A DNA stretch of 34,274 nt from a virus (taxonomy: Duplodnaviria > Heunggongvirae > Uroviricota > Caudoviricetes): the IMG/VR virus record IMGVR_UViG_2913167280_000006, positions 1 to 34,274 of that record. One strand, given 5' to 3'. Both the position numbers and the translations under genes were made by a program. Every line of letters starts with the position of its first letter. The first letter of the stretch is position 1. The notes under the pieces are model-generated. The model made no database searches. It had not been told where the DNA came from and was given only the letters and a program-made list of their open reading frames with translations. This document shows, piece by piece, positions 8,787 through 17,856 of this stretch.

Positions 8787-9029
8787 TTAATCAGAAATAA
8801 ACTCTTCTGGTAATTCATCAACCAGTTGATGCATTATTATCACCCATTTGCCATCATTCGTTTCGTATGCATATTTCCGGTCTTTTATCATCAGGTGTTC
8901 AGTTACTGCCTTAATCGCTTGTTCGGTGACATCTTCTTTCTTTCCTACCCACATTCCTTTTTCAGTGTTTAATGTTCCTTGAAAAATATGACCGCTTAAT
9001 GGGCTTGCTGCCATAGTTTTAATTTTCAT
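8787..9029 (-). CDS. Hypothetical protein
   Basis: 80-aa ORF in the early-left operon. Confidence 0.45.
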   Translation of the reverse strand: MKIKTMAASPLSGHIFQGTLNTEKGMWVGKKEDVTEQAIKAVTEHLMIKDRKYAYETNDGKWVIIMHQLVDELPEEFISD

Positions 9030-9056
9030 ATAGATCCTTAAAAATAAAGGCCACCA

Positions 9057-9308
9057 TCAGGCAGCCTTGTTGTAAATGTTGCTGGTATCAAGTAAGTAAT
9101 TAGATGGAGCGCCATAAATTATGAATTCATCGTTTGTTGGGTCCATCTCCATCTCTTGGCCTATTGCCATTCTTGCGTCAGTGTCGTCAGAGGCGAAGCA
9201 TAAAACAGCCCACGCACCCATTGTTTTAAAAAGAACTGCAATTGGCTGTGGTTTTACTGAATTTGCGTTAGCGCGAAAATCATAAATAGCACTTTCATGA
9301 AATTCCAT
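9057..9308 (-). CDS. Hypothetical protein
   Basis: 83-aa ORF in the early-left operon. Confidence 0.45.
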   Translation of the reverse strand: MEFHESAIYDFRANANSVKPQPIAVLFKTMGAWAVLCFASDDTDARMAIGQEMEMDPTNDEFIIYGAPSNYLLDTSNIYNKAA

Positions 9309-9362
9309 ATATCACCTCAAATATGTGGTTTGCCGCGAAAATAAATCCGCTTAAGTTATCTG

Positions 9363-9500
9363 TTATTTATCCCACCAAGTTCCGTATCTATCTATCCAGT
9401 TACACCAATCATCGACACTCCATTTTGTTGTGTCGCATTTTGGCAATTGGCATGAATATCTACCTTCTTTGTAAAGTCGGCGTTTGATTTTCTTGAGCAT
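9363..9500 (-). CDS. Small Cys/Trp-rich hypothetical protein (45 aa)
   Basis: MLKKIKRRLYKEGRYSCQLPKCDTTKWSVDDWCNWIDRYGTWWDK; GAGGTGG ribosome-binding site; lies directly downstream of N. Confidence 0.3.
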   Translation of the reverse strand: MLKKIKRRLYKEGRYSCQLPKCDTTKWSVDDWCNWIDRYGTWWDK

Positions 9501-9507
9501 GACCACC

Positions 9508-9840
9508 TCAATCGTAATAAGCTGGAATTGATTTTCCGCGTTGCTTCTGGCGGCCTGAACAGGTCACACCCATTTCACTGCGTGGCTTGCTGTACCATGT
9601 GCGCTGATTCTTGCGCTCAATACGTTGCAGGTTGCTTTCAATCTGTTCGTGGTATTCAGCCAGCACCGTAAGGTCTATCGGATTCAGTGCGCTTTCTACT
9701 CGTGATTTCGGTTTGCGATTCAGCGAGAGAATAGGGCGGTTAACTGGTTTTGCGCTTACCCCAACCAACAGGGGATTTGCTGCTTTCCATTGAGCCTGTT
9801 TCTCTGCGCGACGTTCGCGGCGGCGTGTTTGTGCATCCAT
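9508..9840 (-). CDS. N: Antitermination protein N (lambda type)
   Basis: From the internal Met: MDAQTRRRERRAEKQAQWKAANPLLVGVSAKPVNRPILSLNRKPKSRVESALNPIDLTVLAEYHEQIESNLQRIERKNQRTWYSKP..., near-identical to lambda N as I recall it; nutL lies just upstream. Confidence 0.85.
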   Translation of the reverse strand: MDAQTRRRERRAEKQAQWKAANPLLVGVSAKPVNRPILSLNRKPKSRVESALNPIDLTVLAEYHEQIESNLQRIERKNQRTWYSKPRSEMGVTCSGRQKQRGKSIPAYYD

Positions 9841-9997
9841 CTGGATTCTCCTGTCAGTTAGCTTTGGTTGTGTGTGGGAGTCGTAGTCCTGAACGAAAAC
9901 ACCCCGCAATGGCACATTGGCAGCTAATCCGGATTCGCACTTCCGGCCAATGCTTCGTTTCGTATCACACACACCAAAGCCTTCTGCTTTGAATGCT

Positions 9998-10030
9998 GCC
10001 CTTCTTCAGGGCTTAATTTTTAAGAGCATC
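9998..10030 (-). promoter_or_regulatory. nutL (boxA plus boxB)
   Basis: Minus strand reads GATGCTCTTAAAAATTAAGCCCTGAAGAAGGGCAGCA: boxB hairpin GCCCTGAAGAAGGGC with a boxA-like CTCTTAA. Confidence 0.8.
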
Positions 10031-10039
10031 ACCTTCATG

Positions 10040-10151
10040 GTGGTTAGTGCGTCCTGCTGATGGATTAAAATATACCTACAGGTAAAACTGCTGTCTATAC
10101 CTGTAGGTAAATAAAATTGATGTGAGAGTTTACCTGCTTGAATTTTCAGGT
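10040..10151 (-). promoter_or_regulatory. Leftward early promoter (PL-like) with operators
   Basis: Palindromes TACCTACAGGTA (10073..10084) and TACCTGTAGGTA (10098..10109), plus TACCTG-n10-CAGGTA (10130..10151); candidate -35 TAGACA and -10 TATATT on the minus strand. Confidence 0.55.
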
Positions 10152-10171
10152 AATTAATTTTTTGGATTGAT

Positions 10172-10195
10172 ATAAAAAAGCCCGCTTTGCGGGCT
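10172..10195 (-). terminator. Intrinsic terminator ending the cI operon
   Basis: AGCCCGC-TTT-GCGGGCT hairpin followed on the minus strand by T6. Confidence 0.55.
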
Positions 10196-10206
10196 GAAAG
10201 GAGATG

Positions 10207-10521
10207 TCAGAAGCTATTTGGATTGCTTGGCCATTGCGGCAATTTTGATTCTACTGGGGTGTGTTTGGGTTTGAGTCCGTTTAAGTAGTCAAGGCGCTCA
10301 ATGGCGCATTTATACATAGCAATCTGCTCTGATGACATGTCGTCGTATGACATGCCTTTGAACTTTTTAATTATCGATTCTGCCTCATGTATAAGATGCT
10401 TCTTCCTCATGAGTTCAGCTGTATGCTTAGAGCTTACAGGAGATAACTTTGCCCATATGAAGCAGATGATTACAACAGCGACTACTATGCCGGGTATAAA
10501 CATTTGCTGCTTTATCCTCAA
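10207..10521 (-). CDS. Small membrane protein cotranscribed with cI (rex/sieB position); candidate superinfection-exclusion protein
   Basis: 104-aa ORF whose ATG overlaps the cI stop (ATGA); hydrophobic segment FIPGIVVAVVIICFIWAKL; terminator downstream. Confidence 0.55.
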   Translation of the reverse strand: MRIKQQMFIPGIVVAVVIICFIWAKLSPVSSKHTAELMRKKHLIHEAESIIKKFKGMSYDDMSSEQIAMYKCAIERLDYLNGLKPKHTPVESKLPQWPSNPNSF

Positions 10522-11204
10522 ACTTTTGGCAGATCGTCCTGGTCTACGTACCTGGTGTGTTTCACAATAGCTGAAACAAAATGCATTTTATCAACTTCTT
10601 CAACAGGAAGAGTGATTGGGCGGTGATCACTGTTTATGCTACTAAACTGATAATCACCGTCTCTTGTTTTGTTCATGATCTTTATCATGTTGTGACCGTC
10701 TTTGGTCCTTACAAAGACTTCATCACCTGGATGTACTGGCGTATTTGGTTCAATAACAACATATTCTCCTGACTGAATCCTTGGCCACATGCTGTCACCC
10801 TTAACCTTCAGACCGTAAGCATCTTTATCGCCGCTGTAGATGCTTAACCAACCGGATCTGAATTCAATCATATCCACTGAGCCATCAACTCCCAAAACGG
10901 CTTCACCAATTACCGGAACAAAACCCGCACGAACGTTACCCGCAAACTCAAGATGGTCTGTAGCTCCAGCTTTACCATCTACAAGCATGTCCATCCATCC
11001 GCGTGGGAGATTAAAAGATTTTTCAATTAGTTCCATCATATCGTCAGCAATGCGTTTTTTTCCGCTTTTTCCTTCCGGATACAGCATTCTGGAAACGTAT
11101 GATGGTTCCCTTTCTATTCGACGAGCCAACTCTGAGGCCTTTCCATTACAGAATCGGTCTCTTATCTCTATCAGCCTTAGTCGTCTTTGTTCGTATTTAT
11201 CCAT
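10518..11204 (-). CDS. cI: CI-type prophage repressor (N-terminal HTH, C-terminal S24 LexA-like autopeptidase)
   Basis: 228-aa ORF with the GDSMWP serine motif and a later Lys; divergent from cro across an operator region. Confidence 0.85.
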   Translation of the reverse strand: MDKYEQRRLRLIEIRDRFCNGKASELARRIEREPSYVSRMLYPEGKSGKKRIADDMMELIEKSFNLPRGWMDMLVDGKAGATDHLEFAGNVRAGFVPVIGEAVLGVDGSVDMIEFRSGWLSIYSGDKDAYGLKVKGDSMWPRIQSGEYVVIEPNTPVHPGDEVFVRTKDGHNMIKIMNKTRDGDYQFSSINSDHRPITLPVEEVDKMHFVSAIVKHTRYVDQDDLPKV

Positions 11205-11220
11205 GATTTAATTCTATCTT

Positions 11221-11300
11221 TGATTACCTGCCGGTAAATAACCTATGGGTATTGATTTGCTTTTTACCTACAGGTAAACTCACCTTATTCAACAACGGGA
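11221..11300. promoter_or_regulatory. Right operator and divergent promoters (PR, PRM)
   Basis: Operators TACCTGCCGGTA (11225..11236) and TACCTACAGGTA (11265..11276), with a weaker third site about 11241..11252; PR-like -35 TTGATT and -10 TAAACT; GGAGAT ribosome-binding site before cro. Confidence 0.6.
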
Positions 11301-11312
11301 AGGAGATAGCAA

Positions 11313-11543
11313 ATGGAAGAACTCCGCTTGTATCTGAACTCCCTTTCACTGGAAGAGCAGAGAGAATTTGCCACCAAGTGCGGAACTTCTATCGGCTATT
11401 TGAGGAAAGCACTTAGCCGTAATCATGAATTGGGCGCAGCACTTTGTGTTCTGATTGAGAAGTTCAGCAATGGTGAAGTGACTCGCAAAGACCTTCATCC
11501 GGTTGATTGGGAAAGCATCTGGCCTGAATTAATGGCCGCTTAA
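11313..11543 (+). CDS. cro: Cro-like lytic repressor
   Basis: 76-aa ORF with an HTH-like segment (ATKCGTSIGYLRKALS), first gene rightward of the operator. Confidence 0.6.
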   Translation: MEELRLYLNSLSLEEQREFATKCGTSIGYLRKALSRNHELGAALCVLIEKFSNGEVTRKDLHPVDWESIWPELMAA

Positions 11544-11659
11544 GTTATTAACGCTCTTACACATCCCCGCCCTGAAAAAGGGCATTACCAGAAACAAATC
11601 TCTATGGTTTTGCGTTTCTTTGCGAAGCCAACTCTATCTAATCATTAAGGAAATTATCT

Positions 11660-11941
11660 ATGGGTACTATTGCAACTAAAAGCAAGAAAGCGGCTCGCAT
11701 CGAGTCAGCCTTGCTGAACAAACTGGCACTGATGGGGCAGAAGACATTCGCTCGCGCGATGGGGGTTCCGGAATACCAGGTAAGCCGATGGAAGAATGGT
11801 TTCTTCTCGCAGGTAAGCATGATGCTGGCTGTTCTGGAATACGGAATCGAAGACGATGAAATGGCTGAACTGACTAAGCGGCTTGCCGATTACCTGACAA
11901 AAGAAAAAGCCCCGAAGAACGGCGAATTCTTCGAGGCCTGA
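11660..11941 (+). CDS. cII: CII-like transcriptional activator
   Basis: MGTIATKSKKAARIESALLNKLALMGQKTFARAMGVPEYQVSRWKNG..., resembling lambda CII (RIESALLNK..., SRWK). Confidence 0.8.
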   Translation: MGTIATKSKKAARIESALLNKLALMGQKTFARAMGVPEYQVSRWKNGFFSQVSMMLAVLEYGIEDDEMAELTKRLADYLTKEKAPKNGEFFEA

Positions 11942-11975
11942 TGTAGAAAGACTGGATCAATCCACAGGAGTAATT

Positions 11976-12137
11976 ATGACAAAACGTCGTAAGAAATACC
12001 AGGAAAAAGAAGAGATTCGACACCCTGATTCACCTGAGGGATTAGTGGTAGCCGCAGCAAATAACAGGGCGTTCGCAGAGCGCCTTGTTGGTGTTTACAG
12101 ACTAGCCAAAGCAGGAGTGAAACATGGGCGTCGTTAA
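11976..12137 (+). CDS. Small basic hypothetical protein (53 aa)
   Basis: ATG-initiated ORF between cII and the O-like gene (MTKRRKKYQEKEEIRHPD...), overlapping the O start; below the track cut-off. Confidence 0.3.
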   Translation: MTKRRKKYQEKEEIRHPDSPEGLVVAAANNRAFAERLVGVYRLAKAGVKHGRR

Positions 12138-12945
12138 GTTAGCTGATTACAGGCCTCAACTTGAGGTCGTGGAGCATCGCGTGGCAGATACCGAAGATGG
12201 TTTCATGCGCGTTGCTAACGAGATTACCGACAGTCTGCTGATGGCTGATTTAACCGTCCGGCAGTTGAAGGTGATGCTCGCTATCATGCGCAAGACATAC
12301 GGATTCAATAAGCCGATGGATCGACTCACAAACACGCAGATAGCAGCCATGACAGGTATTCATCACACTCATGTTTGCGCTGCCAAGCGCCAGCTTATTG
12401 AGCGTAAATTCCTCATTGCTGATGGCGTGAAAATCGGAGTGAACAAGGTGGTTTCTCAGTGGATTAGCCAGGACAGCTTAACATTAGCTAAAACAGCTAA
12501 TAAAACATTAGCCAAGTCGGCTAATGGGTATAAGCCAAGTCAGCTAAACACAAAAGACAATATACAAAAGACAATAAATACAAATACCCCCTTACCCCCT
12601 AACGGGGGCGGCGATGGGCAGGTTAAACCTGAACGTCGCAAGGCAGAACGAATCGACTACGAATCCTTCCTGAACGCCTACAACACCGAAGTCGGTGACA
12701 GACTGCCACACGCTGTTGCGGTCAACGAGAAACGCAAACGTCGCCTGAAGAAAATCATCCCGCAACTGAAAACGCCAAACGTGGACGGTTTCAGAGCGTA
12801 TGTCAGGGCGTTTGTGCATCAGGCCAAGCCGTTTTACTTCGGAGACAACGACACGGGCTGGACGGCCGATTTTGATTACCTGCTGAGGGAAGACTCGTTA
12901 ACGGGAGTACGGGAAGGGAAGTTTGCAGACAGGGGGATTGCATGA
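12124..12945 (+). CDS. Replication initiator (O-like, P22 gene 18 type)
   Basis: 273-aa ORF with an N-terminal HTH-like region; origin-type iterons and an AT-rich tract embedded mid-gene; followed by the helicase. Confidence 0.75.
   Translation: MGVVKLADYRPQLEVVEHRVADTEDGFMRVANEITDSLLMADLTVRQLKVMLAIMRKTYGFNKPMDRLTNTQIAAMTGIHHTHVCAAKRQLIERKFLIADGVKIGVNKVVSQWISQDSLTLAKTANKTLAKSANGYKPSQLNTKDNIQKTINTNTPLPPNGGGDGQVKPERRKAERIDYESFLNAYNTEVGDRLPHAVAVNEKRKRRLKKIIPQLKTPNVDGFRAYVRAFVHQAKPFYFGDNDTGWTADFDYLLREDSLTGVREGKFADRGIA
12475..12590. repeat. Putative replication origin: AGCTAA-type iterons followed by an AT-rich tract
   Basis: TTAGCTAAAACAGCTAATAAAACATTAGCCAAGTCGGCTAATGGGTATAAGCCAAGTCAGCTAAAC followed by ACAAAAGACAATATACAAAAGACAATAAATACAAATA. 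Confidence 0.5.
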
Positions 12946-14318
12946 AACAGGATATCGAAGCGAGCGTTATCGGTGGCCTGCTGATTGGTGGATTAACACC
13001 AACCGCCAGCGACGTTCTGGCAACGCTGGAGCCGGAAGCGTTTTCAATTCCGCTCTACCGGAAAGCCTTCGAGGTTATCCGCAAGCAGGCGAGAAACAGA
13101 AACCTAATCGACGCGCTGATGGTTGCCGAGGCGTGCGGAGAGGAGCATTTCACGTCAATCCTGATGACCAGCAAAAACTGCCCGAGTGCCGCAAACCTGA
13201 AGGGATATGCCGGAATGGTCGCGGATAACTATCACCGCCGTCTGGTGCTGGAAATCATGGATGAAATGCGTGAACCAATCCAAAGCGGAACCATCGACGC
13301 ATCGAGTCAGGCGATGGATGAACTTGTAAAACGGCTCTCAGCCATCAGAAAGCCCCGTGACGAGGTTAAACCTGTACGGTTAGGGGAAATCATCACTGAC
13401 TACACTGACACGCTTGACAGGCGTCTGAGGAACGGAGAAGAGTCAGATACCCTGAAGACCGGAATCGAAGAACTTGACGCCATCACCGGAGGGATGAACG
13501 CGGAAGACCTGGTGATTATCGCCGCTCGTCCTGGTATGGGGAAAACCGAACTGGCGCTGAAGATTGCCGAAGGCGTTGCAAGCCGCGTTATTCCTGGTTC
13601 TGACGTCCGGCGCGGAGTATTGATTTTCTCGATGGAAATGAGCGCATTGCAGATTGCAGAGCGAAGCATTGCCAACGCCGGGAGGATGTCGGTTAGCGTG
13701 CTGCGAAATCCTGCATCGATGGATGACGAAGGCTGGGCGCGCGTTGCTAACGGCATGAGTCAGCTTGCAGATTTGGATGTATGGGTAGTCGATGCCTCGC
13801 GGTTATCTGTCGAAGAAATTCGCTCAATCGCAGAACGACACAAACAGGAAAATCCAAACCTGTCACTCATCATGGCGGATTATCTTGGCCTGATTGAGAA
13901 GCCGAAAGCAGACCGCAACGACCTCGCAATTGCTCACATCTCAGGAAGCCTTAAGGCGATGGCGAAAGACCTGAAAACGCCTGTTATCTCCCTAAGTCAG
14001 CTTTCACGCGATGTTGAGAAGCGACCAAACAAACGCCCGACAAACGCAGATTTGCGTGATTCAGGAAGCATTGAGCAGGACGCAGACTCAATCATCATGC
14101 TCTATCGGGAAGCGGTATATGACGAGAACAGTAGCGCCGCGCCATTTGCTGAAATCATCGTGACGAAAAACCGTTTTGGCTCACTTGGTACGGTTTACCA
14201 GCGGTTCTGTAACGGACACTTTGTTGCATGTGACCAGGATGAAGCCAGACAGATTTGCACAGCATCAAATGCACCTGCTGCGCGTGGCAGACGATATGCA
14301 CAAGGGGCTGACGTATGA
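12942..14318 (+). CDS. Replicative DNA helicase (DnaB family, P22 gene 12 type)
   Basis: 458-aa ORF with Walker A (ARPGMGKTE) and DnaB-like motifs ([20 protein letters not shown]). Confidence 0.85.
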   Translation: MKQDIEASVIGGLLIGGLTPTASDVLATLEPEAFSIPLYRKAFEVIRKQARNRNLIDALMVAEACGEEHFTSILMTSKNCPSAANLKGYAGMVADNYHRRLVLEIMDEMREPIQSGTIDASSQAMDELVKRLSAIRKPRDEVKPVRLGEIITDYTDTLDRRLRNGEESDTLKTGIEELDAITGGMNAEDLVIIAARPGMGKTELALKIAEGVASRVIPGSDVRRGVLIFSMEMSALQIAERSIANAGRMSVSVLRNPASMDDEGWARVANGMSQLADLDVWVVDASRLSVEEIRSIAERHKQENPNLSLIMADYLGLIEKPKADRNDLAIAHISGSLKAMAKDLKTPVISLSQLSRDVEKRPNKRPTNADLRDSGSIEQDADSIIMLYREAVYDENSSAAPFAEIIVTKNRFGSLGTVYQRFCNGHFVACDQDEARQICTASNAPAARGRRYAQGADV

Positions 14319-14391
14319 CCATCTACATCACTGAGCTAATAACAGGTCTGCTGGTAATCGCAGGCCTTTTTATTTGGGGGAGAGGGAAGTC

Positions 14392-14880
14392 ATGAAAAAG
14401 CTAACCTTTGAAATTCGATCTCCAGCACATCAGCAAAACGCTATTCACGCAGTACAGCAAATCCTTCCAGACCCAACCAAACCAATCGTAGTAACCATTC
14501 AGGAACGCAACCGCAGCTTAGACCGGAATCGAAAGCTTTGGGCTTGCCTTGGTGACGTCTCTCGTCAGGTTGAATGGCATGGTCGCTGGCTGGATGCAGA
14601 AAGCTGGAAGTGCGTTTTTACAGCAGCATTAAAGCAGCAGGACGTTGCTGAGGTAACAGGCGCAACAGTAACCAGCATAAATCAGGCTGCGGCTAAAATG
14701 GCGCGGGCAGGAATTTTAGTCATTGATGGTAAGGTCTGGCGAACGGTGTATTACCGGTTCGCTACCAGGGAAGAACGGGAAGGAAAGGTGAGCACGAATC
14801 TGATTTTCAAGGAGTGTCGCCAGAGTGCCGCGATGAAGCGGGTTTTATTTGTTTATGCGGCGGGGGGAGGAAATCAGTGA
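14392..14880 (+). CDS. ninB: NinB-like protein with a divergent C-terminal half
   Basis: MKKLTFEIRSPAHQQNAIHAVQQILPDPTKPIVVTIQERNRSLDRNRKLWACLGDVSRQVEWHGRWLDAESWKCVFTAALKQQDV matches lambda NinB as I recall it; the remaining 70-odd residues do not. Confidence 0.55.
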   Translation: MKKLTFEIRSPAHQQNAIHAVQQILPDPTKPIVVTIQERNRSLDRNRKLWACLGDVSRQVEWHGRWLDAESWKCVFTAALKQQDVAEVTGATVTSINQAAAKMARAGILVIDGKVWRTVYYRFATREEREGKVSTNLIFKECRQSAAMKRVLFVYAAGGGNQ

Positions 14881-14975
14881 GGTTGACGATAACTAATATC
14901 TGGCGCTATATTCTGTGCGTTGCCGCAAAATCGGCACACGGGATTGGCGTCCCGGATAAGGTAATCGCGACTACT

Positions 14976-15000
14976 ACACGCCGCGAGCGTGTTTTTTATT
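14976..15000 (+). terminator. Intrinsic terminator
   Basis: ACACGC-CGCGA-GCGTGT hairpin followed by TTTTTTATT. Confidence 0.5.
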
Positions 15001-15155
15001 GTCGTAAGCATACGCACATCTGAATTATGGTGGGGCGTGTAGGGCCGACTTCGGTCGGGCCGGTTGATTACCCCGGTTACGCCAACCCTACATGTCTCAC
15101 CACCAAACTGATTGGCGTCAGCGGTGGTGGTTAACTTGATTTATAGGTAATCATC

Positions 15156-15761
15156 ATGAGCACACAACTAGTCTTTCATCAAACAAAATTCCATCCTGTT
15201 AAACACAACAACAGTATCTGGCTTACTGCCGTTGAGATTGCTCAAGCTCTCGGATATAAAAAATCTGATGCCGTAACTCAGATCTACGATCGAAATTCCG
15301 ATGAATTTAGGGCAGATATGACTGAGACCCTCAATTTGAGTGTCTCAGGGAACTACCAGAAAACAATACGCATTTTCTCCCTCCGTGGTGCCCATTTGAT
15401 CGCTATGTTCGCCCGCACTCCTGTAGCCAAAGAATTCCGCCGCTGGGTTCTGGATATTCTCGATCGAGAAGTTCAACAATCCCCAATCACAAAACAATTC
15501 ACTGATAACGAACTTTGCACACTCGCCTGGTTATGGCGAGCAGGGGATGTGATGTTAACCGCCTGCCAGAATGTTACTCCACTTCTTCAGGTTGCGGAGC
15601 ATCGCGAAGCCGGTCGCTTTACTTCTATTGAGCAAGAATATCCCCAGATACTACATAAGGCGCGCGAAATCCTTGCCAGAGAAACGGCACATGTAAGATT
15701 CCAGCCGTGGCAGGATGATAAGTGGAGCCGAGTATTGCCGCATTTGCGTTCTGAGCAGTAG
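15156..15761 (+). CDS. Bro-N domain protein (antirepressor-like)
   Basis: 201-aa ORF; the N-terminal 100 aa fit the Bro-N pattern (...IRIFSLRGAHLIAMFARTPVAKEFRRWVLDILDREV). Confidence 0.55.
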   Translation: MSTQLVFHQTKFHPVKHNNSIWLTAVEIAQALGYKKSDAVTQIYDRNSDEFRADMTETLNLSVSGNYQKTIRIFSLRGAHLIAMFARTPVAKEFRRWVLDILDREVQQSPITKQFTDNELCTLAWLWRAGDVMLTACQNVTPLLQVAEHREAGRFTSIEQEYPQILHKAREILARETAHVRFQPWQDDKWSRVLPHLRSEQ

Positions 15762-15944
15762 CAATAAAGTTTCCGGTGAGAAATGTCACCAGCATTTTGT
15801 TATGAAACGGGTATTGGCGGTATATGGGGGCGGGGCTTTAGTTATTAGGTGTCGAGAATTAATTGTTTGTAGCAATATAAAAAGGAGCGCTTAAGTCCGT
15901 TTATTTTTTTTAAGCTTCATATACATAGTGGATAAAAATGAGAA

Positions 15945-15968
15945 CCACCCGCTGAACGGGTGGTTTTG
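15945..15968. terminator. Bidirectional intrinsic terminator
   Basis: CCACCCG-CTGAA-CGGGTGG hairpin with TTTTG on plus and a T-rich tract on minus. Confidence 0.5.
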
Positions 15969-16041
15969 CGCAAGTTAAATTTTATAATTTCAGTGAATCT
16001 TTACGCTGTAATAATGCAAATGATAGTTGAAAAAAACACAA

Positions 16042-16719
16042 TCAGTCGATGGATTCTCCGTAGGATGCAACTGCCTGAGCGACGCAAAAACGATCAATAC
16101 ACTCTATTTCTCCATAATCACGCAGGCAATAATAAGTATTATTGTCTTTATCAAAAGCGTAAATGCTACAAATACCCTCAAGCTCACAACTTGCGTCCCA
16201 TCCACTATTAGATAACGTGCCCCATTCCTGGTAAAGCCCTGCGTTAACTTCTCGATTGATAATATGCGGTCCACTATAGTTATCATAATCGTAACTATAG
16301 ATGTCACGTGCCTCAGGAAAATTCCCGTTCATGTTTTCAATCCACGGTAAAATATCTTTAACTGAGTTATAAAGTTCAATGCTGTATTTGAAAAAACGCT
16401 TCACAATAAAAACATAGATGCCGGCAGATTTGTTTGTTGATTTATCAGTGGCGAAAATGACAAAAATCTTCCCAACGCACTTTTCATCTACCCCCGGAAA
16501 AGTTACTGTGCCATCCTGGCTAACCGCCAGAACATTATTGTCTGCATTAGTGCTACAGGTCCATTTTACCTTGTCATTATTAATAGGGTCATTATCAATG
16601 ACCATCTTGAAGGTTGCTCCTGGGAACAAACTGTTAGGGAAACAGTAACCACTCTCCATATCATTTTTAATATCATAGATATGGCTATCAACTAACACGC
16701 CTGTAATTTTGCTCATCAT
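16042..16719 (-). CDS. Hypothetical protein, paralog B of the AT-rich family
   Basis: ORF track 16042..16764; the start at MMSKITGVLVDSHIYDIKNDM matches the paralog A N-terminus, with shared LFPGATF, QEWG and AQAVASYGES motifs. Confidence 0.7.
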   Translation of the reverse strand: MMSKITGVLVDSHIYDIKNDMESGYCFPNSLFPGATFKMVIDNDPINNDKVKWTCSTNADNNVLAVSQDGTVTFPGVDEKCVGKIFVIFATDKSTNKSAGIYVFIVKRFFKYSIELYNSVKDILPWIENMNGNFPEARDIYSYDYDNYSGPHIINREVNAGLYQEWGTLSNSGWDASCELEGICSIYAFDKDNNTYYCLRDYGEIECIDRFCVAQAVASYGESID

Positions 16720-17230
16720 TGAACTCTCTTTGTTTGTTAAATAAAAAGTTTTATTCCTGAACAACGGAACACGCTGATATTAATGCAACCAATGAATTGT
16801 TGTTGTTATTTGGAGGTTATATAGTGGTATGAATGTTATTATGCGATGTCTCTGAGTGATGGGGTAAGGATTATATGATTCGCTTTTGAGATTTACCTAT
16901 GTCAGGCGTTGCTGTTCATGTTCGTCCCCGTTGTCAGTCTTCTTAGTCTGAGCTAATGTGATCATCAATGGGTTATCAGTTTTCTCTGAAGTTATATAAT
17001 TAATTGAGCGCCATAGCACCATGGGGCATTGTTGAATTTCATCTTCAATTGATTTTCCATAATCAACTCGCCATAATCATGTCATCGGAGCCTGAACACC
17101 TCCGGTGACTTCTGCGCTAAACGGGGACGTTTATGCGCACACACAATCCAAACTCTCTTCTCCCTTCACAGATGCAGAAATGCACCTGCGATTTTTTGCA
17201 TCCAACGTTTGACCTCTGCGGAGGTGAAGC

Positions 17231-17686
17231 GTGAACCTCCCACAAGACGGCATCAAATTGCATCGCGGTAACTTCACCGCTATCGGTCAGCAGATCCAGC
17301 CTTATCTGGAGGATGGAAAATGCTTTCGCATGGTGCTTAAACCGTGGCGGGAGAGACGCAGTCTTTCCCAGAATGCACTCAGCCACATGTGGTACAGCGA
17401 AATCAGTGAATACCTCATCAGCAGGGGGAAATCGTTCGCTACCGCAGCATGGGTAAAAGATGCTCTCAAACACACATACCTCGGTTATGAAACCAAGGAC
17501 CTGGTTGATGTCGTAACCGGCGAAATCACTACGATCCAGTCGTTACGCCATACCTCCGATCTTGATACCGGAGAGATGTATGTCTTCCTGTGTAAGGTTG
17601 AAGCCTGGGCGATGAATATTGGCTGCCACCTGACTATTCCGCAGAGCTGCGAGTTCCAGCTGCTGCGCGACAAGCAGGAGGCGTAA
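17231..17686 (+). CDS. ybcN: NinB/YbcN-family protein
   Basis: 151-aa ORF with [17 protein letters not shown]; recognised as the DLP12 YbcN type; followed by ninE. Confidence 0.7.
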   Translation: MNLPQDGIKLHRGNFTAIGQQIQPYLEDGKCFRMVLKPWRERRSLSQNALSHMWYSEISEYLISRGKSFATAAWVKDALKHTYLGYETKDLVDVVTGEITTIQSLRHTSDLDTGEMYVFLCKVEAWAMNIGCHLTIPQSCEFQLLRDKQEA

Positions 17687-17856
17687 TGGCTACACCGCTT
17701 ATTCGTGTCATGAGCGGACACATCTACAGAGTACCAAATCGTCGTAAGCGTAAGCCTGAGCTGAAACCATCCGAAATACCAACACTGCTCGGATATACCG
17801 CCAGCCTGGTTGATAAAAAATGGTTGCGACTGGCAGCAAGGAGGAACCATGGCTGA
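17686..17856 (+). CDS. ninE: NinE-like protein (56 aa)
   Basis: [56 protein letters not shown]; below the track cut-off. Confidence 0.55.
   Translation: MATPLIRVMSGHIYRVPNRRKRKPELKPSEIPTLLGYTASLVDKKWLRLAARRNHG

Noticed and set aside
12475-12590. CRISPR-like short repeats
   Set aside because: The repeats are 6-8 bp iterons inside the replication initiator gene followed by an AT-rich tract, typical of a lambdoid origin, not repeat-spacer units.
15030-15140. Possible tRNA or small RNA gene in the GC-rich structured segment
   Set aside because: No cloverleaf can be drawn: there is no T-loop GTTCGAATC-type motif or 7-bp acceptor stem. Kept only as a possible structured RNA in the findings.
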